A DNA stretch of 41,871 nt from Burkholderiaceae bacterium (GCA_044359405.1 JBIKMC010000001.1:1-41871), one strand, 5' to 3'; shown: positions 19,357 to 27,726, counted from the first letter of the stretch. Notes: a model not told the origin generated them from the sequence alone. Numbers and translations are program-made.

Positions 19357-19925
19357 ACCATCCCGGATCGGCGGGGCGCGTACGCCCCAGCCGGCCTGGG
19401 TTGACAGCGCTGTGTAATCGAATCGACGCCCTCAACGAGGGCGTTGGTTGGCTGCTGGGGCCGGTGATTGTTTTCGTTTCCCTTGCTATTGTGTATGAGG
19501 TGATCTCGCGGGGTGTGTTTAGCATGGCCACCCTGTGGGTTAACGAGGGAACTGTCTACGCGTCCGCAGCGGTGTATCTGCTGGCAGGCGGCTACGCGGC
19601 CCTGCACCGCCGACATGTTCGCATCGATGCCATCTTCGGGTTTTTGTCTGAGGACGCAAAGCGCCGTCTTGATCTTCTCGCCCTTCCGTTCCTGATCGGT
19701 TACGCGCTGACTCTGGTGGTGATCGGCGGTGATATGGCCTTGAGTTCCTTGATGCAGCGTGAAACCACCGGAACGCCCTGGAGTCCGCCCGTCTGGCCCC
19801 TTAAGGCCTGCATTCCGCTGGCCGGCGTTCTCCTGCTGCTGCAGACGTTCTCCAATACGATGCGGGATATAGGCATCATCGAGCCGCGCGCCTCCGAGCG
19901 CGATGCCCAGGGGGGTGCGCTATGA
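19353..19925 (+). CDS. TRAP transporter small permease (DctQ-type)
   Basis: 190 aa with four hydrophobic segments. ATGA overlap with the SBP gene and a 4-nt overlap with the large permease gene. Confidence 0.8.
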   Translation: MNHPGSAGRVRPSRPGLTALCNRIDALNEGVGWLLGPVIVFVSLAIVYEVISRGVFSMATLWVNEGTVYASAAVYLLAGGYAALHRRHVRIDAIFGFLSEDAKRRLDLLALPFLIGYALTLVVIGGDMALSSLMQRETTGTPWSPPVWPLKACIPLAGVLLLLQTFSNTMRDIGIIEPRASERDAQGGAL

Positions 19926-21238
19926 GCATTGAGATCACCTCGTTGCTGATGGCCTTGTCCTTCGTCGGCCTGCTGCTGATTGGTTTGCCACTCGCGTTCG
20001 CAGCCGGCGCCATCGGCGTCGTGTTCGGGCTCATTCTTTATGGGCCCCCCGGTCTTATTCTGGTGGTCACGCGGGTGTTCACCCTGCTGGGCAACAACGT
20101 GCTCATCTCGGTGCCGCTGTTTGTGTTCATGGCCTGCCTGCTTGAACGATCCGGCATCGCAGAAGATATCTTCTCGGTGGTCAGTGCCTGGGCGGGCAAG
20201 GTACCGGGCGGGCTGGCGGTTGCGGTCATCATCACCAGTACGCTGATGGCAGCCATGGTGGGGGTGCTCGGCGCTGAGGTGGTCACCATTGGCATTGTTG
20301 CGCTTCCAGCCATGCTGGCGCGAGGCTACAGCAAGCAGTTGGCCTTGGGCTGTATCTGTGCCGGCGGTGGGCTCTCAACACTGATTCCGCCGTCGGTCGT
20401 CTTCATCATGTATGGCCTGACCGCCGGTGTGTCCATCGGCCAGCTCTATGTGGCCGGTATCGTGCCGGGCCTGATGCTGGCGGCGCTTTATATCGCGTAC
20501 ATTGTGATCGTCTGCATGATCAAGCCTGAGCTCGCGCCACGGGCCGCCGCGGCCGAGTCTGACCTGCCGCTCGCAGCGAAGTTTGCACTCCTGGGCAAGC
20601 TGGTACTGCCGTCGTTCGTGGTGTTCATGGTGTTGGGTTCGCTTTACCTGGGGTGGGCGACGCCCACTGAGGCGGGTGGTGTCGGTGTCGCTGGCTCGGC
20701 CATCGCGGCAGCGGTGCGCAGACGGCTTACCTGGTCTGCGGTGCGGCACGCCATCACCGAGACCACCAAGACCACCACCATGCTGTACTGGTTGTTCTTC
20801 GGATCCTCGGCGCTCATCGGCGTGTACACGCTGGCCGGTGGCACTGCCATGATTCAGAACATGCTGACGGCCTTCCCCCTGGGGCCCATCGGTGTCATGG
20901 CGCTGATTCAGGTGGTGTGGATTGTGCTGGGCTGCTTTATTGACTGGATCGGCATCCTTTTGCTGACAGCGCCCATCTTTGTACCGGTTGCGGTCAAGCT
21001 GGGCTTTGACCCGGTCTGGTTAGGTGTGCTGTTCTGCATGAATATGCAAATCTCCTATATTTCGCCGCCCTTCGGTCCGGCGGCCTTTTATCTCAAGGGA
21101 GTGGCGCCGGCCGGCATCACGCTGTCTGACATCTTCCGCTCAATCTGGCCTTATCTGGGGTTACAGGTTATCGCCTTGGTTTTGCTGATTGCCTTCCCCG
21201 AGATTGCGCTCTGGCTCCCCTCGACGATGAACAAGTAA
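19922..21238 (+). CDS. TRAP transporter large permease (DctM-type)
   Basis: 438-aa polytopic membrane protein with DctM-like sequence, for example PLFVFMACLLERSGIAEDIF and ISPPFGPAAFYLKGVAP. Confidence 0.9.
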   Translation: MSIEITSLLMALSFVGLLLIGLPLAFAAGAIGVVFGLILYGPPGLILVVTRVFTLLGNNVLISVPLFVFMACLLERSGIAEDIFSVVSAWAGKVPGGLAVAVIITSTLMAAMVGVLGAEVVTIGIVALPAMLARGYSKQLALGCICAGGGLSTLIPPSVVFIMYGLTAGVSIGQLYVAGIVPGLMLAALYIAYIVIVCMIKPELAPRAAAAESDLPLAAKFALLGKLVLPSFVVFMVLGSLYLGWATPTEAGGVGVAGSAIAAAVRRRLTWSAVRHAITETTKTTTMLYWLFFGSSALIGVYTLAGGTAMIQNMLTAFPLGPIGVMALIQVVWIVLGCFIDWIGILLLTAPIFVPVAVKLGFDPVWLGVLFCMNMQISYISPPFGPAAFYLKGVAPAGITLSDIFRSIWPYLGLQVIALVLLIAFPEIALWLPSTMNK

Positions 21239-21251
21239 ACAGGAGCAAAAA

Positions 21252-22109
21252 ATGCCCAAAATCCTCTCCCAAGCTCAGGTTGACCAGTTTCGCCGTGATG
21301 GCTATGTGCCGCGTGTCCGTGTCATGAGCGAAGCACAGGCTCTTGAAATCCGCGAAAAGATTGAATCCTTTGAGCGTCGCCAGGGCGTGGTGCTGCGCGG
21401 CGACCAGCGGCATAAGTCGCACCTGCTGTTCAAGTTTCTGTCAGACGTGGTGCACATGCAGCCGATCGTTGATGCCATCGAAGACCTTTATGGCCCTGAC
21501 CTTCTGTGCTGGAACACCAATTTCTTCATTAAAGAAGCGCGTACCCCGGCTTTTGTGTCCTGGCATCAAGACTCAACCTATTGGGGCTTGTCCTCGCCCG
21601 ATGTGGTGACCGCCTGGGTGGCCTTCAGCGAGAGCAATGAGGCCAGTGGTGCCATGTCGGTCATTCCGGGCACTCACCTGATGGATCAGGTGCCACACCG
21701 CGACACCTTCAACGACCAGAATCTGCTCACGCGTGGACAGGAGGTGGCCGTTGAGGTTGATGAAAGTCGCGCCGTGCGGCTTGATCTTCGCCCCGGCGAG
21801 ATGTCGCTACATCATGTGCGTATCGTGCATGGGTCGCCGCCCAATAATTCTGATGGCCGCCGGATCGGGTTTGCCATTCGCTACATTCCCACCTCCGTGC
21901 GTCAACTGCACGGCGAAGACAGTGCAACGCTGGTGCGAGGTACTGATCGGTACAACACGTTTGAGCACGAACCCCGCCCGACTGAAGACATGCAGCCTGA
22001 ACTGGTGCAGTTGCACAAAGACATCGCTACGCGCAGCGCACGCATTCTGTACCGCGGAACACAGATCAAGTCTTACGAAGACAATGCGGCCAAGGGTTCG
22101 TATCGTTGA
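21252..22109 (+). CDS. phytanoyl-CoA dioxygenase (PhyH)-family Fe(II)/2-oxoglutarate dioxygenase
   Basis: N-terminus LSQAQVDQFRRDGYV, facial-triad HxD in WHQDSTYW, distal His in LHHVRIVHGSPPN and Arg in GFAIRYIP. Confidence 0.85.
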   Translation: MPKILSQAQVDQFRRDGYVPRVRVMSEAQALEIREKIESFERRQGVVLRGDQRHKSHLLFKFLSDVVHMQPIVDAIEDLYGPDLLCWNTNFFIKEARTPAFVSWHQDSTYWGLSSPDVVTAWVAFSESNEASGAMSVIPGTHLMDQVPHRDTFNDQNLLTRGQEVAVEVDESRAVRLDLRPGEMSLHHVRIVHGSPPNNSDGRRIGFAIRYIPTSVRQLHGEDSATLVRGTDRYNTFEHEPRPTEDMQPELVQLHKDIATRSARILYRGTQIKSYEDNAAKGSYR

Positions 22110-22149
22110 TGCTTGCGCGTTTAGCGCCCTGTAGTGGCAAGAGACGCTG

Positions 22150-23928
22150 ATGGCTCAGGCATCAGCGCTGGCACATGCCCAGGCCTGGTTTGAACGCCTG
22201 GCCCACGCGCTCGAATCGGGTCGTCTCGGTCAGCACGCCGAGCTTGCGAGTCTGTTTGAACCGCAGTGCTTTTGGCGCGACATGCTGGCGTTCACCTGGA
22301 CGATACGCACCTTTGAAGGACTGGATGCGATCGCCGACATGCTGGGCGCCTGTGCTGGCCAGACAGGGGCGCGAGCCTGGCGTGTTGTTGAGGCCACCGA
22401 GGGCCCCAATGATCTGATCGAAGCCTGGTTTCAGTTTGAGACAGCCGTCGGCAGTGGGCGCGGCATCGTCCGGCTGCGCGGCGGGCGATGTTTTATTCTG
22501 CTGACCACTTTGCAAAGCCTTCGTGGCCATGAAGAGCCGGCGGGTGCGCGTCGCGAGCAGGGCACAGTGCACGGGGTGGTGCGGGGTCGGCAAAGCTGGT
22601 TCGAACGCCGCGAGGCCGAACGCGCCCGCTTGGGCCGCGAGGAGCAGCCCTGGTGTCTGATCGTGGGTGCCGGACAGGGTGGTCTTGCTCTGGGCGCGCG
22701 CTTGCGTCGCCTGGGTATTCCCACTCTCATCATTGATCGTCTCGATCAACCGGGCGATACCTGGCGCCGACGCTATCGCTCGCTGTGTCTGCATGATCCG
22801 GTCTGGTATGACCACATGCCCTACCTGCCGTTTCCCGATCACTGGCCCGTGTTTACGCCCAAGGACAAGATGGCGGATTGGCTTAAGGCCTATGCCGACA
22901 TCATGGAGCTGAACGTCTGGTGTCAGACCGCCTGCGTGGGTGCGAGCTACGACGAGCGCGAGGGCCGCTGGACAGTGCGGGTTGATCGTGCTGGTGAGCT
23001 CATCACCTTAAAGCCTGCCCATCTGGTGTTGGCCACGGGCATGTCGGGCGTGCCGCGCATGCCGCAACTGCAAGGTGCCGATGACTTTACCGGCACGCTG
23101 CTGCATTCCAGTCAGTACCAGGGCTCAGCCGATTGGGCGGGTAAACACTGCGTCGTGGTCGGCTCAAACAATTCGGCCCACGACATCTGCGCCGATCTCT
23201 GGGAGCAGGGTGCGCAGGTCACCATGCTGCAACGTTCGCCCACCATTGTGGTGCGGTCGGAGTCACTGCAGAAATACGCCTGGGGTCCGCTGTATTCCGA
23301 GCAGGCGCTGGCGGACGGCGTTACCACCGAGCGTGCTGATCTGCTCGCGGCCTCCTGGCCGCATCGACTGATGCCGGGTCGCCTGCAGCCGGTGTATGCG
23401 CAGATCGAACAGGTGGATGCCGACCTCTACGAGGGTCTGCGGCGTGTCGGCTTCATGGTGCATCTGGGCGAAGACCGCACGGGCATTCATGTGGCCTATA
23501 TGCGGCGGGGTTCGGGTTATTACATCGACGTGGGCGCCTCGCAGCTCATCATGGATGGTCGTATCGCGCTGCGTAGCCCTGCCCATGTATCGCATCTGGA
23601 GGCACGTGCGGTCGTGTTGCAAAGCGGTGAGCGCCTGCCGGCTGACCTGGTGGTGTGCGCAACCGGGTATGGGTCGATGACCGGTTGGGCCGAGCAGCTT
23701 ATCTCGCCTGAGGTGGCTGAGCGCCTGGGTCCCTGTTGGGGCCTGGGCTCGGGCACAAGCGGTGACCCTGGGCCCTGGGAGGGCGAGCTGCGCAATATGT
23801 GGAAGCCCACCGCCCAGCCGGGTCTGTGGTTTCAGGGCGGTAACCTGATGCAGGCGCGTTTTTTCTCGCTATTTTTGGCCTTGCAACTTAAGGCCCGATA
23901 CGAGGGGCTAGCAACGCCAGTGTTCTGA
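22150..23928 (+). CDS. class B flavin-containing monooxygenase with ~165-aa N-terminal extension
   Basis: FAD motif LIVGAGQGGLALGARL begins near residue 170. Second dinucleotide motif VVVGSNNSAHDI and ATG motif VVCATGYG. The N-terminal domain has no cofactor motif that I can see. Confidence 0.82.
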   Translation: MAQASALAHAQAWFERLAHALESGRLGQHAELASLFEPQCFWRDMLAFTWTIRTFEGLDAIADMLGACAGQTGARAWRVVEATEGPNDLIEAWFQFETAVGSGRGIVRLRGGRCFILLTTLQSLRGHEEPAGARREQGTVHGVVRGRQSWFERREAERARLGREEQPWCLIVGAGQGGLALGARLRRLGIPTLIIDRLDQPGDTWRRRYRSLCLHDPVWYDHMPYLPFPDHWPVFTPKDKMADWLKAYADIMELNVWCQTACVGASYDEREGRWTVRVDRAGELITLKPAHLVLATGMSGVPRMPQLQGADDFTGTLLHSSQYQGSADWAGKHCVVVGSNNSAHDICADLWEQGAQVTMLQRSPTIVVRSESLQKYAWGPLYSEQALADGVTTERADLLAASWPHRLMPGRLQPVYAQIEQVDADLYEGLRRVGFMVHLGEDRTGIHVAYMRRGSGYYIDVGASQLIMDGRIALRSPAHVSHLEARAVVLQSGERLPADLVVCATGYGSMTGWAEQLISPEVAERLGPCWGLGSGTSGDPGPWEGELRNMWKPTAQPGLWFQGGNLMQARFFSLFLALQLKARYEGLATPVF

Positions 23929-24006
23929 GGATTCAGTGAGCCTGCGTTGTTGGTGGAATGCTGCGGCTGTCGGTGTAGGCTCTGGGATTCTGATTGGAGC
24001 ACGACG

Positions 24007-24420
24007 ATGGCGGACGAAAATCTGGACCTTAGCCCCCTTGACCGGGCAATCGATCGCCTGAGCGAAGGCTGGGTGCGGTATCAGCAAGACACTCGCGACA
24101 CCCAAATCCGCGATGGGCTGATTCAGCGATTCGAGTTCACCTACGAAATCAGTCACAAAATCCTCAAGCGCCATCTGAAGGCTACATCAGCCAACCCGGC
24201 TGAATTCGACGATATGAGTTTTCGGGATCTGATCCGCACAGGTAACGAGTAAGGCCTGCTGAAGAGCGCCTGGCCTGACTGGAAACGCTACCGCGATATG
24301 CGATCCAAAACCAGCCACACCTATGATGAGGATGTTGCGCTGGAGCTTGTTTCCGGCATACCGATGTTTATGGCTGAGGCTAGTTACCTGCGAGATCAGA
24401 TCAAAGCCCGTCAGGTATGA
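24007..24420 (+). pseudogene. HEPN-domain toxin of the HI0074 / nucleotidyltransferase-substrate-binding family, interrupted by an in-frame TAA
   Basis: 81 codons (MADENLDLSPLDRAIDRL..FRDLIRTGNE), then TAA at 24250-24252. The same frame then continues for 55 codons (GLLKSAWPDWKRYRDMRSKTSHTYDED..) to TGA at 24418-24420. The combined 137 codons fit family length. The Rx4HxY motif RSKTSHTY (24301-24324) lies after the stop. GGAG lies 7 nt upstream of ATG 24007. Confidence 0.8.
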
Positions 24421-24746
24421 CGCAGCGACCCCCGCCCATCGACATCCAACCCGACCACTGGGTCATTGTGCGTGACATCCTGCGCAGGCATGTGCCGAAC
24501 TATGAGGTCTGGGCATTCGGTTCTCGCGCAACGGGCAAGGCCAGAGAATTTTCAGATCTGGATCTGGTCATCATGACCGACAAACCGCTGTCTCTGGATG
24601 TCAGTGCCGGTTTGAGTGACGAGTTCTCAGAATCTGACCTGCCCTGGAAGGTTGATATCGTTGATTGGTCCACCACCCGCGAATCGTTCAGAGCAATTAT
24701 CGAACGCGACAAGGTGGTGGTGCAGCACCGAGCCAACTGCGCCTGA
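24417..24746 (+). CDS. minimal nucleotidyltransferase (MNT/MntA-like, HI0073 family) antitoxin
   Basis: Pol-beta NTase motif GSRATGKAREFSDLDLVI (GSx10-11 SDxDL). 109 aa. The start ATG overlaps the HEPN-frame TGA (ATGA at 24417-24420). Confidence 0.85.
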   Translation: MTQRPPPIDIQPDHWVIVRDILRRHVPNYEVWAFGSRATGKAREFSDLDLVIMTDKPLSLDVSAGLSDEFSESDLPWKVDIVDWSTTRESFRAIIERDKVVVQHRANCA

Positions 24747-24749
24747 AGA

Positions 24750-24790
24750 TCAGACGTTGAGCGAAATCACCTGTTCGACTCAGACGTTGA
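24750..24790. repeat. 11-bp perfect direct repeat tcagacgttga, two copies 30 bp apart, at the ychF 3' end
   Basis: Copy B (24780-24790) is the ychF stop plus its last three codons (FNV*). Copy A (24750-24760) lies in the 33-bp spacer after the MNT gene and is followed by degenerate similarity (cgaaatcac versus cggaaatgcatcac). Confidence 0.7.
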
Positions 24791-25874
24791 ACCGGAAATG
24801 CATCACATCGCCGTCGCGCAGGACGTAATCCTTGCCCTCCAGCCGCATCTTGCCCTTGTCTTTGGCGCCTGACTCACCGCCACAGGCGATGTAGTCGTCG
24901 TAGGCGATCGTTTCAGCGCGGATGAAGCCGCGCTCAAAATCGGTGTGAATGACGCCGGCTGCCTGAGGTGCAGTGGCTCCGGTACGTACCGTCCAGGCGC
25001 GTACTTCTTTTTCGCCTGCGGTGAAGTAGGTCTGCAGGCCCAGCAGCTTGAAGGCGGCGCGAATCACACGATTCAGGCCGGGTTCTTCCATGCCCATGTC
25101 GGCCAGAAAAACCTGCTTATCTTCGTCGCTCATATCGGCAATTTCTGCCTCGATCGCGGCGCACACGGGCACCACGAGGGAGCCCTCGGCCTGCGCGTGA
25201 CGCATGACCGCATCCAGGTGAGGATTGTCGCTGAAACCACCTTCCTTCACGTTGGCCACATACATGGTGGGCTTGGCGGTGATGAGGCACAGTGGCTTGA
25301 GCAGGGCCTTTTCTTCCTCGTAGAGATCGAGCGATCGTACTGGTCTTGCCTCGTTGAGCACCATCAGGCACTTCTCAAGCACAGCGACCAGGCGCTGCGC
25401 CTCTTTATCGCCGCCCGCCCGCGCCACCTTGGAATAGCGCACCATGGCCTTGTCGACCGTGGCCAGATCGGCCAGGGCAAGCTCGGTGTTGATGACTTCA
25501 ATGTCGGACAGTGGATCGATCTTGCCGCTGACGTGGACCACATTGCCGTCATCGAAGCAGCGCACCACATGCGCAATGGCATCGGTTTCGCGGATGTTGG
25601 CCAGAAACTGATTACCCAGGCCCTCGCCTTTGGAAGCGCCAGCGACCAAGCCCGCGATGTCGACGAACTCGACCGTGGCCGGCAATACCCGTTGCGGTTT
25701 GACGATGCCCGCCAAAGCCGTCAGGCGCGGATCGGGCACCTCGACGATGCCCACGTTGGGCTCGATGGTGCAAAACGGATAGTTCTCGGCTGCAATGCCC
25801 GCCTTGGTCAGCGCATTGAAGAGGGTGGACTTGCCCACATTGGGAAGTCCGACGATACCAACCTGAAGGCTCAT
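24780..25874 (-). CDS. ychF: ribosome-binding ATPase YchF
   Basis: [23 protein letters not shown] (G1), [17 protein letters not shown] and the C-terminal TGS-like end [11 protein letters not shown]. Start at the internal ATG 25874. Confidence 0.95.
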   Translation of the reverse strand: MSLQVGIVGLPNVGKSTLFNALTKAGIAAENYPFCTIEPNVGIVEVPDPRLTALAGIVKPQRVLPATVEFVDIAGLVAGASKGEGLGNQFLANIRETDAIAHVVRCFDDGNVVHVSGKIDPLSDIEVINTELALADLATVDKAMVRYSKVARAGGDKEAQRLVAVLEKCLMVLNEARPVRSLDLYEEEKALLKPLCLITAKPTMYVANVKEGGFSDNPHLDAVMRHAQAEGSLVVPVCAAIEAEIADMSDEDKQVFLADMGMEEPGLNRVIRAAFKLLGLQTYFTAGEKEVRAWTVRTGATAPQAAGVIHTDFERGFIRAETIAYDDYIACGGESGAKDKGKMRLEGKDYVLRDGDVMHFRFNV

Positions 25875-25996
25875 GATTGCGTTCCAATCTGAAGTGTGCA
25901 CCATTGTACCGAGGGGGCGAGGTGTTCCCGTCCTCGGCACTGGGCTTGATGAGCGGGCGCGCCCCAGTGCGTGCCCGCAGGAGTACCATTTCGGTC

Positions 25997-26908
25997 ATGC
26001 CAGTCAGTCTCGACGGAAAACTCGTCGTCGCCATCTCCTCGCGGGCCATCTTCGATTTCGAAGAAGAGAACCGTGTTTTTGAAAGCGGCGATGTTCAGGC
26101 CTACATGGCGCTGCAACGCCAGCGGCTGGAGTCGCCTGCGAATCCGGGCGTGGCCCATGCGCTGGTCAAAAAGCTCCTGGCCTTCGATGAGCCCAACTGT
26201 CCTGAGGCCGATCGTCGCATCGAAGTCGTGGTGCTGTCCCGCAATGACCCGGTCAGCGGGCTCAGGGTATTTCGCTCGGCGCAGCATGAGGGCTTGCGTC
26301 TGGGCCGCGGCGTGTTTACCCGTGGTCGTACGCCCTGGCCGTATCTTGCACCGCTCAATGCCAACCTGTTTCTGTCAGTGAACTCGGATGATGTCAGAGC
26401 GGCGCTGGAGGCAGGGTTTGCAGCGGCCCATGTGTATCCCGCCTCGGTCAAGGCCTCCGAGTCTCATCCCGACGAAATTCGCATTGCCTTTGACGGTGAT
26501 GCGGTGCTGTTTTCGGATGAGTCCGAGCGTGTTTATCAGGCCGACGGGTTGGACGCGTTTCAACGCCACGAGGCCGCGCGTGCCAGCCATCCGTTGCCCC
26601 CTGGCCCCTTCAAACCGCTGCTTGAAGCCTTGCACCGTCTGCAGCGCGAAAGCGGTCGCATGCGCATACGTACCGCGCTGGTCACCGCGCGCAGCGCCCC
26701 GGCACATGAGCGCGCCATCCGCACGTTGATGGCCTGGGGCGTGTCGGTCGATGAGGCGATGTTTCTGGGCGGACTATCCAAGGCTCCGTTTCTGAAAGAA
26801 TTCGAGCCCGACTTCTTCTTTGACGATCAGACTGGCCACGTTGAGTCCGCCGCTCATGTAGGGCCGGCCGGGCATGTGCCCTCGGGTATCGCGAACGAGA
26901 GCCGTTAA
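25997..26908 (+). CDS. 5'-nucleotidase-family protein (cytosolic 5'-nucleotidase-like, HAD-type C-terminus)
   Basis: LVVAISSRAIFDFEEENRVF, VVVLSRNDPVSGLRVF, IRIAFDGDAVLFSDESERVY and TALVTARSAPAHERAIRTL resemble the bacterial 5'-nucleotidase family from memory. ATG 25997. Confidence 0.7.
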   Translation: MPVSLDGKLVVAISSRAIFDFEEENRVFESGDVQAYMALQRQRLESPANPGVAHALVKKLLAFDEPNCPEADRRIEVVVLSRNDPVSGLRVFRSAQHEGLRLGRGVFTRGRTPWPYLAPLNANLFLSVNSDDVRAALEAGFAAAHVYPASVKASESHPDEIRIAFDGDAVLFSDESERVYQADGLDAFQRHEAARASHPLPPGPFKPLLEALHRLQRESGRMRIRTALVTARSAPAHERAIRTLMAWGVSVDEAMFLGGLSKAPFLKEFEPDFFFDDQTGHVESAAHVGPAGHVPSGIANESR

Positions 26909-26991
26909 GGCGGTTGGGCAACGTGCGCCAGCTCGGAGCCGGGCTGAGGGCCCATGTACCCGCGTGCCGATGCGCCTGCCTCGAGCCCAAT

Positions 26992-27654
26992 TCAGCGTTT
27001 GGCGTCTTCCGTCTTGGCGGCTGCCGCAGCCTGCCTCGCTTTGACCGCCTGCAGCTCAGTGGGGCTTTTGCCATGCAGATGCTTCATGGCCGCCTCGAAT
27101 CGGCCCTGAACCAGATCGGGTATGCAGAGCAGCGCGGCGTCGATGCGCTCATTGATGGCGTCGGTATGCTCGCGGCTGGGCCTGTGCAGCACGAAATCGA
27201 CGACTTCCTGAGCCATTGCCAGGGTTCGGGGATGGCCGATACCCAGGCGCAGGCGCCAGAAGTCACTGGAGCCCAGACGGGCCTGGATGTCTTTCAGTCC
27301 GTTGTGGCCGGCGTGTCCGCCACCGTGCTTCAGGCGGGCCGTGCCTGGCAGAAGATCAAGCTCGTCATGGACCACCAGAACAGCGGATGGCACGATGCGG
27401 TAAAAGCCGGCCAGTGCTGCTGTGGCCTGACCTGATCGGTTCATGAAGGTGGTGGGTTTGAGCAGCCATATTGGCTGCCCAGCCAGGTTCATGCGCCCCG
27501 CTTCGCCGAAAAACCGCGACTGTTTTTCGAGGGCGACAGACTGTTGCCGCGCCAGCGCGTCCACGAACCAGAAACCTGCGTTGTGCCGGGTATCTTCATA
27601 GTCGCGGCCTGGGTTGCCCAAGCCCACGATCAGGCGGATGCCTGTATCGCCCAC
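26992..27654 (-). CDS. pth: peptidyl-tRNA hydrolase
   Basis: [28 protein letters not shown] and [11 protein letters not shown] motifs. GTG start. About 25-aa Ala/Lys-rich C-terminal extension. Confidence 0.93.
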   Translation of the reverse strand: MGDTGIRLIVGLGNPGRDYEDTRHNAGFWFVDALARQQSVALEKQSRFFGEAGRMNLAGQPIWLLKPTTFMNRSGQATAALAGFYRIVPSAVLVVHDELDLLPGTARLKHGGGHAGHNGLKDIQARLGSSDFWRLRLGIGHPRTLAMAQEVVDFVLHRPSREHTDAINERIDAALLCIPDLVQGRFEAAMKHLHGKSPTELQAVKARQAAAAAKTEDAKR

Positions 27655-27685
27655 GCGCGCAAGCTTCTATTGGCCAAGCGAGAAA

Positions 27686-27717
27686 GGCGATGCGCGGGAG
27701 CGGGCCCGGGCATCGCC
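27686..27717 (-). terminator. candidate intrinsic terminator after rplY
   Basis: On the minus strand, an 8-bp stem GGCGATGC/GCATCGCC with a 16-nt loop, followed by TTTCTCGCTT. It starts 10 nt after the rplY stop. The long loop and weak T-tract lower confidence. Confidence 0.35.
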
Positions 27718-27726
27718 CCTTCGCGT

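Noticed and set aside
24250-24252. Possibility that the in-frame stop in the HEPN gene is a recoded codon (selenocysteine or pyrrolysine)
   Set aside because: The codon is TAA, not TGA or TAG. No SECIS-like hairpin follows, and TAA is the least leaky stop. A nonsense mutation or sequencing error is more parsimonious.
24945-25892. 315-aa plus-strand ORF antisense to ychF
   Set aside because: ychF is unambiguous. The antisense translation is low-complexity (His/Gly/Ala/Asp runs) and lacks any recognisable domain or Shine-Dalgarno sequence.
25905-25975. Two stem-loops (CCGAGG..CCTCGG and CACTGGG..CCCAGTG) in the ychF / 5'-nucleotidase divergent region
   Set aside because: The stems are short (6-7 bp) with 17-nt loops in GC-rich DNA. 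This is consistent with chance and no functional context is evident.
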